A DNA stretch of 64,000 bases, taken from NCBI GenBank assembly GCA_023267885.1, contig JALNLB010000004.1, positions 4,110 through 68,109 of the forward strand, read 5' to 3'. Source of the stretch: Candidatus Terraquivivens ruidianensis (lineage in GTDB: Archaea; Thermoproteota; Nitrososphaeria_A; Caldarchaeales; Wolframiiraptoraceae). The position numbers and the translations under genes were made by a program. Shown one piece after another: positions 1-9,657 of this stretch. The notes beneath the pieces are model-generated. The model did not search any database, was not told where the DNA came from, and saw nothing but the letters and a program-made list of their open reading frames with translations. Numbering within the stretch: position 1 is the stretch's first letter; every line of letters begins with the position of its first letter.

Positions 1-351
1 GTCAGGAAAGTTTTTTATAAAATATTCCCTTATGCCCTCGGACTCCTCGTAAGTTATGCAAACCAACGGCACACCCGTCGCCTCATGCACGGCAGCAAGG
101 TCCACGACGTTGTACCAGCTTATCACGCAACCGCTCAACAAGATGGCGTTTATATCAGTCCTATCTAGCTTTTTGTACAAAGATACGACAGCCTCGGTAG
201 CGTCCATACCTCCTACCGTGCACTTAGCTATGGTCAAGCCATCTACTATAAAGTCGCTCCTCATCACCACGCCTGCCAGCACCGAGTTTTTGTCGAGCGA
301 CCTGTCAAAACTCTCGGCTATTCCAAGGACGCGTATTGCGGGCTTGTCCAA
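1..351 (-). CDS. UPF0215/DUF99 family protein; C-terminal end runs off the window
   Basis: Absent from the ORF track because it is open at the window edge. My minus-strand translation from TTG at 351-349 reads ..DKPAIRVLGIAESFDRSLDKNSVLAGVVMRSDFIVDGLTIAKCTVGGMDATEAVVSLYKKLDRTDINAILLSGCVISWYNVVDLAAVHEATGVPLVCITYEESEG.. This fits the archaeal DUF99 pattern as I recall it (GGxDATE, NVVD). The start codon is uncertain. Confidence 0.7.
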   Translation of the reverse strand, partial: MDKPAIRVLGIAESFDRSLDKNSVLAGVVMRSDFIVDGLTIAKCTVGGMDATEAVVSLYKKLDRTDINAILLSGCVISWYNVVDLAAVHEATGVPLVCITYEESEGIREYFIKNFPD

Positions 352-367
352 CCTTAACCTCAGGTTG

Positions 368-1540
368 CTACCCCTCCTGCCAGTATACCTCGCCGGGCTC
401 TAAGACCGCTCCAGCCGGAACCTTGCTATACGGCGAGATGACCGCACCGAATTCTTTCCTACCCGTATCAACGAGCTTGTCCGCAACCACCATCTTGACA
501 GTCTCGTGTCCGGGTGGCCTATACCGCGTGGTGCATCCAGCACCGAGCACAGCACCCTCGCCGACGACCGAGTGGAATAGTACGGACCTGTCGCCTATGG
601 TGACGTTCTCCATGACGAGCGAGTTGCCCACTACTGCTCCCTCACCTATTGATGTGCCCCCTAAGACTACAGTGTACGGCAATATCGACGAGCCTTTGCC
701 CAGATTTACGCCCTCGCCCAAAAAGCACGGGCCGAAGAGCCTGGCTCCATCCTCGGTTTCAACGTTCATGCCCGGCCGTAAGAGCCTGCCGCTTTTTGGC
801 GAATAACCGTGCTTGGATGATACGCGTTCTAAGAATGCGATGTTAGCGTCCAAAAGGTCCCATGCCCTGCCTATATCGAACCATAGGCCATCATCCATCT
901 TTAGGACATGGATTTTGTACCCATCCTCGACGAGCAGGTTTAATATGTCCGTCAGCTCGTACTCGCCCCTCGCCGATAATTTGATTTTAGAAAAGTACTC
1001 GATGGATTCTGACGGGAGCATGTAAGCGCCGGCGTTTACATACGCCTCGGGTAACCTCTCCGTAGGCTTTTCTACTATACACTCCAGCATCCCATCCCTA
1101 TCTCTCAAGATGCCAAAGCTGCCCACATCCTTAACCCTAGCAGCCATAATGACGCCATCGTAAGAACTCTTGACGAAGGACGAGGTCAGCTTCCTTACCG
1201 TCTCCTCCGTTATGGTTATGTCACCGTAGATGACGAGGAAGGTCTCCTCACCCTCGAGGAAGTCCTTGCACGCATAAAGCGCGTGGGCCGTTCCCAACAA
1301 CTCTTTCTGCTGAACGTACGTTATATCCATCGGCAATCGTTCCTGTGCGATTGCATGCTTAATCGATTCATCCATGTAGGCGACAGTTACACCGACATGC
1401 CTTATTCCGTTACTCAATAGGGCCTCGAGTACTCTAATAAGCACGGGCTTGTCAACGAGTGGTAGGAGGTGCTTGGGTCTGAAGCTTGTGAGGGGCCTTA
1501 ATCTTTTGCCCAAGCCTGCAGCAAAAACTACGGCCTTCAA
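368..1540 (-). CDS. Bifunctional-type sugar-1-phosphate nucleotidyltransferase with C-terminal left-handed beta-helix (GlmU/ST0452-like)
   Basis: 390 aa. N-terminal AAGLGKRLRPLT nucleotidyltransferase signature. The C-terminal third carries hexapeptide-like repeats (GEGAVVGNSLVMENVTIGDRSVLFHSVVGEGAVLG). Confidence 0.85.
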   Translation of the reverse strand: MKAVVFAAGLGKRLRPLTSFRPKHLLPLVDKPVLIRVLEALLSNGIRHVGVTVAYMDESIKHAIAQERLPMDITYVQQKELLGTAHALYACKDFLEGEETFLVIYGDITITEETVRKLTSSFVKSSYDGVIMAARVKDVGSFGILRDRDGMLECIVEKPTERLPEAYVNAGAYMLPSESIEYFSKIKLSARGEYELTDILNLLVEDGYKIHVLKMDDGLWFDIGRAWDLLDANIAFLERVSSKHGYSPKSGRLLRPGMNVETEDGARLFGPCFLGEGVNLGKGSSILPYTVVLGGTSIGEGAVVGNSLVMENVTIGDRSVLFHSVVGEGAVLGAGCTTRYRPPGHETVKMVVADKLVDTGRKEFGAVISPYSKVPAGAVLEPGEVYWQEG

Positions 1541-1564
1541 CTGTTTTTACCCAACGTACGTCGC

Positions 1565-1577
1565 TTTAAAAAATATT
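1565..1577. promoter_or_regulatory. TATA-like box in the divergent intergenic region between the nucleotidyltransferase and dph5
   Basis: tttaaaaaatatt lies about 30 nt upstream of the dph5 ATG (1604). No SD motif intervenes, which fits a short or absent leader. Confidence 0.35.
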
Positions 1578-1603
1578 AAGCTTTAGTCCAGACCCTTACT
1601 GGC

Positions 1604-2641
1604 ATGGGCATAGCTTTCGTGGGCCTAGGTCTGGGCCCGAAACGGCACATCACAGAGGCAGCGCTCGATAGCATCAGAAGGGCTGACGTGGTGTTCCTCG
1701 ATGTATACACCGGCATGCTTCCCAATGAGACGATGGAATTGCTACGCGCAATCAGCAGGCGCTTGGTTCTGGCTGACCGTCACGTATTGGAGGACGGGGT
1801 TGAGGCCGTGCTAACGGAGGCAGCTAGAAAAGACGTGGTCGTAGCGGTTCAGGGTGACCCCTTCGTAGCCACGACGCATGTTTCCATCATGCTCGAGGCG
1901 CGTAAACGTGGAATAAATTGTAGCGTAGTCAGCGGCATATCCTCGTACTCTGTCGCGGCGAGCCTATCCGGCCTTCAGGCTTACAAGTTCGGCAGGGCCG
2001 TTACGTTACCTGCAGAGGAGAAGGTTGAACACGTGAGGTCTGTCTATGAAAGTATCGTAGAGAACATGTCTAGAGGTTTGCATACGCTCGTCTTCCTTGA
2101 CACTAAGGAAGGTGGATTAACGATACCCGTCGCCCTTAGCCGCTTAAGGGTACTCGAAGGCCTGCTTAAGAAGGGCGTGGCATCGGACGACAGACTCGTC
2201 GTAGCGCTCGCAAGATTAGGGTACGAGGATGAGCTCGTAAAGGCCGGTAGGATTGCAGAGTTGATTGCGTCGGATTTCCCAGCCCCTCCCCACATACTGA
2301 TATTCCCCGGCAAGCTACATTTCTTAGAACGTGAAGCGCTCGTGAGGCTTCTCGGTGCGCCCCCTGAGTGCGTAGAGGCTTACGAGCCGATAAATTACGG
2401 CGTGGACAGGGTGAGGCGCTATATAGACGTTTGTGAAAGGGTGTTATCTAAGGTGAGCACTTTAGCGAAAGAAGTGAAGGTTGGCGATGTGCTAAAAGTT
2501 GCCGAAAGCTATCTTGAGGATTCAAAATTTTTCCTGAACTCAGGAGACCTGTTTGACTCACTCTCTGCGATTTCATATTGTGAAGGTCTGCTCGACGCTC
2601 TGAGGATGATGGGCTACGTCGATTTTGACTGGAAGCCGTAG
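1604..2641 (+). CDS. dph5: Diphthine synthase (Dph5/DphB) fused to a C-terminal DUF357-like domain
   Basis: 345 aa. N-terminus MGIAFVGLGLG...ADVVFLDVYT and GDPFVATTH fit the tetrapyrrole-methylase-fold diphthine synthase, which I recall as about 260 aa. The extra ~85 aa (..AESYLEDSKFFLNSGDLFDSLSAISYCEGLLDALRMMGYV) resembles DUF357. Confidence 0.85.
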   Translation: MGIAFVGLGLGPKRHITEAALDSIRRADVVFLDVYTGMLPNETMELLRAISRRLVLADRHVLEDGVEAVLTEAARKDVVVAVQGDPFVATTHVSIMLEARKRGINCSVVSGISSYSVAASLSGLQAYKFGRAVTLPAEEKVEHVRSVYESIVENMSRGLHTLVFLDTKEGGLTIPVALSRLRVLEGLLKKGVASDDRLVVALARLGYEDELVKAGRIAELIASDFPAPPHILIFPGKLHFLEREALVRLLGAPPECVEAYEPINYGVDRVRRYIDVCERVLSKVSTLAKEVKVGDVLKVAESYLEDSKFFLNSGDLFDSLSAISYCEGLLDALRMMGYVDFDWKP

Positions 2642-4407
2642 TTTGCTACCCTTCTGTAGTTCGTCGGCTTGAGTGCTCCAGCCAACGTTTCAGATATGCT
2701 CTTTATATTTACCTCGCATATTCTGTATAACTCCTCGTAAACCTTTAGAGCCTGCTCGAGGCATTCCTCGTAAGACTTGGTCCCTTTGCTGACTATATCC
2801 ATAAGCTCCTCAACAAATTTTCTTGTATCAGGCGTAACGAGCCTCTCATCCACACCAGACAAAGTCTCGATGAGCCTCATGCCTAGCTCCGTCGGGTAGA
2901 AGGTCCTGCCCTTCTTCACGGCATAGCCCCTTTCTATCACTATCCTAGGATACTCAGCGCGTGTGGCATCTGTTCCTATTCTGTTCTTTTCCATGAGCCC
3001 CAGCAGCATCGCCTCAGTGAGCCTCGAGGGAGGCTTGGTCTTGTCCTCCTTTAACTCCAACCCAATCACCTCCAAGCTATCGCCTGGCGATAGCTTAGGC
3101 ATGGGCGCATCTTTGGGCATGAAGTATTCGAATATCTCGAAGAATCCTTTCCGGGTAACAACGGCGCCCGATGCCTTGACCGCAGCCTCTCCTACCCTTA
3201 TCTCCGCAGCGCTCTCCTTCAACTCAGCATCATCAAACAGTACGTTGGCGGCAAACCTCTTTGCTATGTATTCCCAGACCTTTCGCTTAAGCGAACCGTC
3301 TTCAGGGTATGGCTTTATAGGGTATATGGGAGGATGAGCACCGTCGTCCTTTTTTCCGTTAAACGGCTCGACCCTCCTTCTGCTTAGGTCTCCGAGCACC
3401 TCGGATAAATCGGACTCAGCCAGAGCCTTTAGGGGTTCTCTAAAGTCGAAGTCATACCTGAACCTGTTGGTCTCCGTTCTTGGATAAGAGCAGAAACCCT
3501 CAGCATAGAGCTCCTCTGCCACGGAGAGCAGCGTGGCCGCCGAGGTGCCCGTTATCTTTGTTAGGTCTTTCAGGAGCGCGTCCGTATCGAGGGGCAAGGG
3601 TCTGCGAATCGTCTTTTCCTTCTCATCATAGGACAGGACGTGCCCGGTCTTTTGTCCTTCGACACTTTTCCATACGGCCTTGGCTTTCTCGGCATCCCTC
3701 ATGTTTTCGCTCTTGGCCTCAAACTCCTCGCCGTCCTTCGTCCTGAGCTTTACCCAAATGTACCAGAACGGCTCGGGCTTGAAAGACCTTATTTCCTTCT
3801 CCCGCTTTACGATAAAGCCCAGAGTAGGAGATTGGCAGGAGCCCCACGATATGAGCCTGACGTTTTGGTGCTTCCTTGTTTCTTTTGTGAGAAGCCTCGT
3901 GAAGGCAGCGCCTGTCACGAGGTCGAAGTGCTGCCTGAGCATGGCCTTCATGACCCAGTTCATGTTCAAGGAATCTTCCAAGTTGTTCCACGCCCTCCAG
4001 AGCTCACCCGGGTTCGTCGAGTTGAACCTCATCCGCTTGTATGGTGCTTGGTCGCCCTTACTGGCCCTATAGATTGAGAGTATCTCATAGCCAATCAGCT
4101 CTCCCTCCGAGTCGTTGTCCGTCGCTACGATGAGTAGCCCATCCTTTTCGAATGCCTTCTTCAGCTCCTTGTAAGATCTTTCATCGGAAATAACGTTCCT
4201 AAATTCTCTGACCGAAAAGAGCTTTGATGGGTCGACGCTGTTCCACTCATAACCCTCGGGGAAGTCTGCGTTGAACACGTGTCCCCTAACTGAGGTAACG
4301 AGTGCGTTTACGCCCCTGCTCTTCAGCAGCCTCGCTATACTCCTTGCGACGCTCGGCTTTTCCGCCACGACTATGTAAGGATTTGCGCCGTCCTCGTCCA
4401 CGTGCAT
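2614..4407 (-). CDS. topA: Type IA DNA topoisomerase (TopA/Topo III-like, no C-terminal Zn fingers)
   Basis: 597 aa. Toprim start IVVAEKPSVARSIA, acidic motif ATDNDSEGELIG, and active-site tyrosine context CSYPRTETNRF. Confidence 0.9.
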   Translation of the reverse strand: MHVDEDGANPYIVVAEKPSVARSIARLLKSRGVNALVTSVRGHVFNADFPEGYEWNSVDPSKLFSVREFRNVISDERSYKELKKAFEKDGLLIVATDNDSEGELIGYEILSIYRASKGDQAPYKRMRFNSTNPGELWRAWNNLEDSLNMNWVMKAMLRQHFDLVTGAAFTRLLTKETRKHQNVRLISWGSCQSPTLGFIVKREKEIRSFKPEPFWYIWVKLRTKDGEEFEAKSENMRDAEKAKAVWKSVEGQKTGHVLSYDEKEKTIRRPLPLDTDALLKDLTKITGTSAATLLSVAEELYAEGFCSYPRTETNRFRYDFDFREPLKALAESDLSEVLGDLSRRRVEPFNGKKDDGAHPPIYPIKPYPEDGSLKRKVWEYIAKRFAANVLFDDAELKESAAEIRVGEAAVKASGAVVTRKGFFEIFEYFMPKDAPMPKLSPGDSLEVIGLELKEDKTKPPSRLTEAMLLGLMEKNRIGTDATRAEYPRIVIERGYAVKKGRTFYPTELGMRLIETLSGVDERLVTPDTRKFVEELMDIVSKGTKSYEECLEQALKVYEELYRICEVNIKSISETLAGALKPTNYRRVANYGFQSKST

Positions 4408-4491
4408 CCGACCTTATCGGCATGGATGCGTAAAACTCCTTGCTTTATTACGTTTATGCGTAGTAAAACTATAAACAAGAAATAAATATGC

Positions 4492-4878
4492 GTGAAATCT
4501 ATTATCTTATCCATGAGTAGAAAGAGCGAGTCATATTATAGATGGGCGGACATACCAGAAGATAAGTTAAGACCCGACCTAAGCAGGAAAGTAATACACG
4601 GGGAAAACATGACCGTTAGCATGTTCTTCTTCAAGAAAGGAGCAAAAGTCGAGTTGCACAAGCACGTTAATGAACAGATAAGCTACGTCTTATCGGGAGC
4701 TGTCAGGTTCTTTACGGCTGATGGAAAGGAATACGTAGTGTCGCAAGGCACGGTGATGTATTTTCCATCCAACGTCGAGCATGGTGCGTTAGCCTTAGAA
4801 GACTCAGTTGCCATAGAAATGTTCAGCCCGCCAAGGGAGGACTGGAAAAAGGGCACCGACCAATATTTAAGAAGATAA
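4492..4878 (+). CDS. Cupin domain protein
   Basis: 128 aa. HKHVNEQISYVLSG...PSNVEHGALA is a two-His-motif cupin pattern. GTG start; an internal ATG (MSRKSE) is also possible. Confidence 0.7.
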   Translation: MKSIILSMSRKSESYYRWADIPEDKLRPDLSRKVIHGENMTVSMFFFKKGAKVELHKHVNEQISYVLSGAVRFFTADGKEYVVSQGTVMYFPSNVEHGALALEDSVAIEMFSPPREDWKKGTDQYLRR

Positions 4879-4924
4879 AACGTTTAAAAGATTGACACCT
4901 CTCTTCTTTACAAAATAACGGGCG

Positions 4925-5407
4925 ATGTCGTTGAAGGTTGGCGCTACACAAAAGAAAACGATCTTAGCTTCTGGTGCCTTCGACATACTGCATCCCGGTC
5001 ACATAAAGTTCTTAGAAGAAGCGAAGCGGGTAGGCGGAAAGAATTCGAACCTCGTCGTGATTATTGCTAGGGATAAGACGGTCGAGGAAAATAAGGGTAG
5101 GAAGACCGTCTTCGGCGAAAGGGCCAGGCTCGCTATGGTTCAGGCCTTAAAGCCCGTGGACAAGGCGGCCTTAGGATATAGGCCGTTCTCTTTCGAAAAA
5201 GTGGTCGAAAAATATAGGCCGAACGTCGTGGTCTTTGGCTACGACCAGCTGTGGCTCGTGGAACGATTCAAGGGGTTGTGTCGAAAGAAGAAATGGGATA
5301 TCAAAGTTAAGGTACTCAGAAAGTATAACCTCGGGGGCCTCAACAGCAGCTCGGACGTAATAAAGAGGATTAAAAAGCTTCGAATACTCAAAAGAAGAGT
5401 AAGATGA
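4925..5407 (+). CDS. ribL: Archaeal FAD synthase (FMN adenylyltransferase, RibL)
   Basis: 160 aa. ASGAFDILHPGHIKFLEEAK..VVIIARDKTVEENKGRK..ALKPVDKAALG is the cytidylyltransferase-fold RibL signature. Confidence 0.85.
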   Translation: MSLKVGATQKKTILASGAFDILHPGHIKFLEEAKRVGGKNSNLVVIIARDKTVEENKGRKTVFGERARLAMVQALKPVDKAALGYRPFSFEKVVEKYRPNVVVFGYDQLWLVERFKGLCRKKKWDIKVKVLRKYNLGGLNSSSDVIKRIKKLRILKRRVR

Positions 5408-5576
5408 TGCCTGCAATAAGAAAGAGGCATACCATAAAAACTATTAAACCGCTTGCAATCGAAAGCACGAAACCAGGGGTTATGAGCCAGTAAAGGAACG
5501 TTGAGCCGAAAAAGACGATTACCGCTCCCAGAATTTTTGTCATTATCTTTCCAATGCGTTGCCTAAGGACGCTCAT
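5388..5576 (-). CDS. Small hypothetical membrane protein (2 predicted TM helices)
   Basis: 62 aa with two hydrophobic stretches (ILGAVIVFFGSTFLYWLI, LIVFMVCLFLIAGIILLFF). No recognisable family. Convergent 20-nt overlap with ribL. Confidence 0.3.
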   Translation of the reverse strand: MSVLRQRIGKIMTKILGAVIVFFGSTFLYWLITPGFVLSIASGLIVFMVCLFLIAGIILLFF

Positions 5577-5759
5577 GCTGCTTCACTTATTTTGACGAGA
5601 GCGAGGATTATATTTATGTTACGTAGATAACTGAATGTGAGAGTTTAAGGGATTATGGAGTTTGATAAACAGAGACTCCCAGAGTGATATTCTTCATCGA
5701 GACTCAAAGAAGGGCTAAATAGTTCGTTAAGGGGAATGACTTTTCAAAGGTAGATATGA

Positions 5760-6392
5760 ATGAAACTTCCAGGAATAATGAGAAAAAAGGATGAGGAGGT
5801 AAGGGTAGTGGGGGTAACGGATATGGGCTTTGCCAGGGATAGGCTCATGGATGTCATCACACAGCTTAAGATTCAAGCGGAGAAACTGAACAGGACATCC
5901 CAGAGGTTAACGGCAAGGGGCAAGGAGCTCTTCGAGATGTGCGTCAGGGCTGAGCAGGAGAGAGACAAGGGCAGGGCGACGATATACGCCAACGAGATAG
6001 CCCAGCTTAGGAAGATATCCCGCACGATACTGAAGAGCCAGCTTTCCTTGGAGAAGGTAATCCTAAGGCTCGAGACGGTAAAAGAGTTCGGAGATGTCAT
6101 GAATGTCCTCGGCCCAGCAACGAGCATAATAAGGCAGGTACAGTCGGAGATTTCCGGTTTAGTCCCAGAGGTCGCCTATAACCTGAGGCAGGTTGACGAA
6201 GTGCTCGAGAGCATAATCGTCGAGGCAGGAAGCGTAACGGGCGCATCGGTCCAAGTTATGGTGAGCGACAGCGAGGCGCAGAAGATACTCGAAGAGGCTG
6301 CTGAGATAGCGGCCCAGCGCATGAAGAGCACGTTCCCCGACTTACCAGAAGGTTACAAACACTTGGAGACGTCGACCGAGCCGAGGCAGTAG
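5760..6392 (+). CDS. ESCRT-III / Snf7 family protein (CdvB-like)
   Basis: 210 aa of long coiled helices (QLKIQAEKLNRTSQRLTARGKELFEMCVRAEQERDKGRATIYANEIAQLRK..SQLSLEKVILRLETVKEFGDVMNVLGPA) closely resemble crenarchaeal CdvB paralogues. Acidic tail followed by a proline-containing tail. Confidence 0.7.
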   Translation: MKLPGIMRKKDEEVRVVGVTDMGFARDRLMDVITQLKIQAEKLNRTSQRLTARGKELFEMCVRAEQERDKGRATIYANEIAQLRKISRTILKSQLSLEKVILRLETVKEFGDVMNVLGPATSIIRQVQSEISGLVPEVAYNLRQVDEVLESIIVEAGSVTGASVQVMVSDSEAQKILEEAAEIAAQRMKSTFPDLPEGYKHLETSTEPRQ

Positions 6393-6493
6393 TACGTCAA
6401 TAGGTTCAGCGACGATGGCTTGGACATGACGTAGAGTGTGAAATGTGGCCTACCAAAAATAATAATGAGGTATGCTAATACTGGGGTGCTTGC

Positions 6494-8083
6494 TTAGCGT
6501 TGCGTTTTTGACGACCGACTTTCTAAGATTCCGAGCTTGTAAACATAGCCATCAACTATAGCGTTTAAGCTTGCCTCCAGTATATTTTTTGATACATGCG
6601 TTGTTGTCCAGCTAGCGTCTTTAGACATGAACTCTACGAAGACTCTTACGGATGCTGCTGTACCGTCTTCGCTGTCTACAACGCTTACCTTGTAGTTAAC
6701 AAGCCTCGTATCCTTCAACTCTGGGAACTTGCTTGATAAGGCCTCCCTAAGAGCCATGTCCAATGCATGAACTGGGCCAACACCTTCTCCCATTGCTACA
6801 GCATTGCTCCCGCCTATGTCTACGGATACCACCGCCCTAGATACGAGCCCACCCTCAGATTTGAAAGTCTCGACCCACCAAAAAATTACTTTAAAGCATG
6901 TCGGGTCCATTCCTAGAGACTTTAGCATCAAGAGCTTTACAGTAGCGTCTGCAAGCTCAAGATGATACCCTTCAGCCTCCAGCCTCTTTATTTCCTCTAA
7001 GCACCTTGTCGTATCCTGCTTCGATAATTCCAGTCCGAGCTCCTTTACTATATTCGCAAGCACGGACCTTCCTGAAAGCTCTGACACGGATATTATCCTG
7101 CTGTTCCCGACGAGCGTGGGGTCTACGTGCTCGTAGCTCCTTGGGTTCTTCAGCACAGCATCTACATGTACCCCGGCCTTATGTACAAACGCATTTCTTC
7201 CAGTGTAAGGTTGTCCCAAAATTTCTGGCATACCTGTAACTTCGTATACATACCTCGATACTTTCGTTAGCATCTTTAGACCATTTTCTCTCTTAAGAAC
7301 ATCATATCCCATTTTCAACTTTAAGTTTGGTATTATTTGACATAAGTCGGCGTTTCCGCATCTCTCCCCAAGCCCATTTATGGTTCCTTGCACATGTCGA
7401 ACACCAGATTCCACGGCAGCTAATGTGTTAGCAACAGCAAGGCCTGAATCGTTATGCATATGTGCTCCCAGCTGGCAACTAATAAGATTCTTAACGTAAG
7501 CCGTTATGCTTTTAACATCGCTAAATAACGAACCACCATTAGTATCACAAAGCACAACAGTTCTAGCCTTCGAAGCACATGCGGCCTTTACAACTTCCAT
7601 GGCATAATCTTTGTCTTCCTTAAACCCATCGTAGAAATGCTCCGCATCGAATATGACATCCAAGCCATGCTCCCTAAGGTAGTCCATAGTATCAGTAATC
7701 AGCTGTATGTTCTCCTCTGGTGTACACTTAAGAACCTCTTTAACATGCAGAGTCCAACTTTTCCCGAATATAACGGCAACTTCTACATCCGACTTCAGTA
7801 TGGCATTCAAAGATTGGTCCTCGTTTACCCTTACATCCTTTCGTTTTGTGCTACCGAACGCGGCTATTTTGCTATTCTTTAAGGATATTTCTTTAACAAC
7901 TTTGAAAAATTCCTCGTCCTTTGGGTTTGAGCCTGGCCATCCTGCTTCGATTATGTCTATGCCAAGCTCATCTAGCATATTTACTATGTTAAGCTTATCT
8001 CGGAGGGTAAAAGTGATACCTCTTGTCTGCGCCCCATCCCTGAGCGTCGTATCAAGAATTTCAACGTAATCGAAACCATTCAC
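6494..8083 (-). CDS. cimA: (R)-citramalate synthase / 2-isopropylmalate synthase family (CimA type)
   Basis: 529 aa. VEILDTTLRDGAQTRGITFTLRDKLNIVNMLDELGIDIIEAGWPGSNPKDEEFF and HMHNDSGLAVANTLAAV (HMGL-like barrel), plus a LeuA-dimer-like C-domain. Confidence 0.85.
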   Translation of the reverse strand: MNGFDYVEILDTTLRDGAQTRGITFTLRDKLNIVNMLDELGIDIIEAGWPGSNPKDEEFFKVVKEISLKNSKIAAFGSTKRKDVRVNEDQSLNAILKSDVEVAVIFGKSWTLHVKEVLKCTPEENIQLITDTMDYLREHGLDVIFDAEHFYDGFKEDKDYAMEVVKAACASKARTVVLCDTNGGSLFSDVKSITAYVKNLISCQLGAHMHNDSGLAVANTLAAVESGVRHVQGTINGLGERCGNADLCQIIPNLKLKMGYDVLKRENGLKMLTKVSRYVYEVTGMPEILGQPYTGRNAFVHKAGVHVDAVLKNPRSYEHVDPTLVGNSRIISVSELSGRSVLANIVKELGLELSKQDTTRCLEEIKRLEAEGYHLELADATVKLLMLKSLGMDPTCFKVIFWWVETFKSEGGLVSRAVVSVDIGGSNAVAMGEGVGPVHALDMALREALSSKFPELKDTRLVNYKVSVVDSEDGTAASVRVFVEFMSKDASWTTTHVSKNILEASLNAIVDGYVYKLGILESRSSKTQR

Positions 8084-8199
8084 CTCAAACTTTTGGATAT
8101 CGTAAATGGTGGACCCTCATAAATATTTTTTTGGGATTGTACAGCCCAGCATTTGATAGCGAAAGTTGTTGTAAGTAATGGTTAAAATTGTTAAGGGTA

Positions 8200-8604
8200 T
8201 TACTTTCTTTTCAGCTGAACAAGCTCGTACAGGACGCCATGAAGATGCTTTGGGTTCACGAATGCTATCAACATGTCCAGCACCTCGCTTATTGGCTCTT
8301 CATCTGTGAAGGACATTCCAAGCTTCCTTAGCCTATCAACCTCCTCCTTTATGTTGCTAACTTCTACACCGATGTGATGTAAGCCTTCCCCCTTTTCCTC
8401 AAGCGATCTATAAATCTGAGAATCAGAAGACAGGGGCTGTAAAAGCTCGACTATTATGTTATCGAACTTTATCCACACGAGCTTCAGTTTCCCTTCATCG
8501 ATTATATGTTCTCCAACCAACGAACCATTCAGCAACCTTAAGAAAGTTTCTTTCGCTCTATCAGCATCCTTTACAACTACACTAATATGGTGCAGCCTTA
8601 CCAT
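8200..8604 (-). CDS. mce: Methylmalonyl-CoA epimerase (VOC/glyoxalase fold)
   Basis: 134 aa. LHHISVVVKD...VELLQPLSSDSQIYRSLEEKGEGLHHIGVEV...HGVLYELVQ matches the MCE pattern. Confidence 0.8.
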   Translation of the reverse strand: MVRLHHISVVVKDADRAKETFLRLLNGSLVGEHIIDEGKLKLVWIKFDNIIVELLQPLSSDSQIYRSLEEKGEGLHHIGVEVSNIKEEVDRLRKLGMSFTDEEPISEVLDMLIAFVNPKHLHGVLYELVQLKRK

Positions 8605-8670
8605 GCGGCATCATGACTGAATAGTCCGTATGCTTATTAAGTGTTGCGCCATAGATGTGTACAAAGGTTG

Positions 8671-9525
8671 CTAACGATGGCGAGAGAATACCTTACTTAG
8701 CTCTTCGTAGTCCTCTGGGCTCATGAACCAACCTACAGAACCCGCATTCTCTTTAACGTGCTCGGTTTTCACGGCTTTCGGTATCGCTATCACGCTCAAC
8801 CTTCTTGTAACCCAATTTAGGGCTATCTGGGATGGTGTCTTTCCGTACTTATCCGCTAACTTTTGCAGTATATCCGCCTTGCGTCTCTCCAAGTGTCTCC
8901 TAGGTTCTGAGAGCTTACCACGTGCAAGCGGACTGTAAGCGATAACCGTTATTTTTTCTTTCTCGCAAAAGGGCAGTAAGTCATCCTCTATGCCCCTATC
9001 TAGCAGACTGTACTCGACCTGGTTCGATACTATCTCCTCCCTAGCGAGTGATGCCATGGCCTCCTCCATCTCGCTTACCGAAAAGTTGCTGACACCTATG
9101 AACCTCACAAGGCCATCCTTGACGAGCTTCTCCATGGCCCTCATCGTCTCCCTGATGGGTATTCTCGGGTTTGGCCAATGAATCTGGTAGAGGTCTATGG
9201 TCTTAATGTTAAGCCTGCTCAGGCTGGCCTTTGCCGACCTTATCACGGACTCGTAGGACAAGTGTTCCGGAGATACCTTCGTCGCCACGAAGACCTCGAC
9301 CTTTGCATCTGCTATGGCCATGCCCACGACCTCTTCTGAGTGTCCTGCTCCGTACGCCTCGGCCGTGTCTATCAGCGTCATGCCCAATTCTATTCCGAGC
9401 TTGAGGGCCGCTATGGCCTCGGCGTCCCTGCTATCGTCCCTGCCGTAAAACCCTCCTATACCCCAAGCCCCCTGACCTAAGGCTGGAACCTTCCAGCCAG
9501 TTCTACCTAGCTCCCTGTAGTCCAC
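8671..9525 (-). CDS. Aldo/keto reductase
   Basis: 284 aa. LGQGAWGIGG, IDTAEAYGAGHSEE, LYQIHWPN and NQVEYSLLDR are typical AKR motifs. Confidence 0.85.
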   Translation of the reverse strand: MDYRELGRTGWKVPALGQGAWGIGGFYGRDDSRDAEAIAALKLGIELGMTLIDTAEAYGAGHSEEVVGMAIADAKVEVFVATKVSPEHLSYESVIRSAKASLSRLNIKTIDLYQIHWPNPRIPIRETMRAMEKLVKDGLVRFIGVSNFSVSEMEEAMASLAREEIVSNQVEYSLLDRGIEDDLLPFCEKEKITVIAYSPLARGKLSEPRRHLERRKADILQKLADKYGKTPSQIALNWVTRRLSVIAIPKAVKTEHVKENAGSVGWFMSPEDYEELSKVFSRHR

Positions 9526-9657
9526 GACGATAGCTTAGAGGGGGCAGGATTTTAGATTTCCGGATTAGTTACGTTTCGCGCGGAAAAAAAATTTTTCCTA
9601 CGTTCGTAACTAATTCTTGGGCCCATAGAACCATGGTCCCATGGTCTTATCGTCCTT

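Noticed and set aside
9541-9611. 9-bp inverted repeat TTAGTTACG...CGTAACTAA around a run of A then T, downstream of the P0 gene, as a structured RNA.
   Set aside because: It is most simply a terminator-like or spacer hairpin between two co-directional genes. It is too short to support an ncRNA call.
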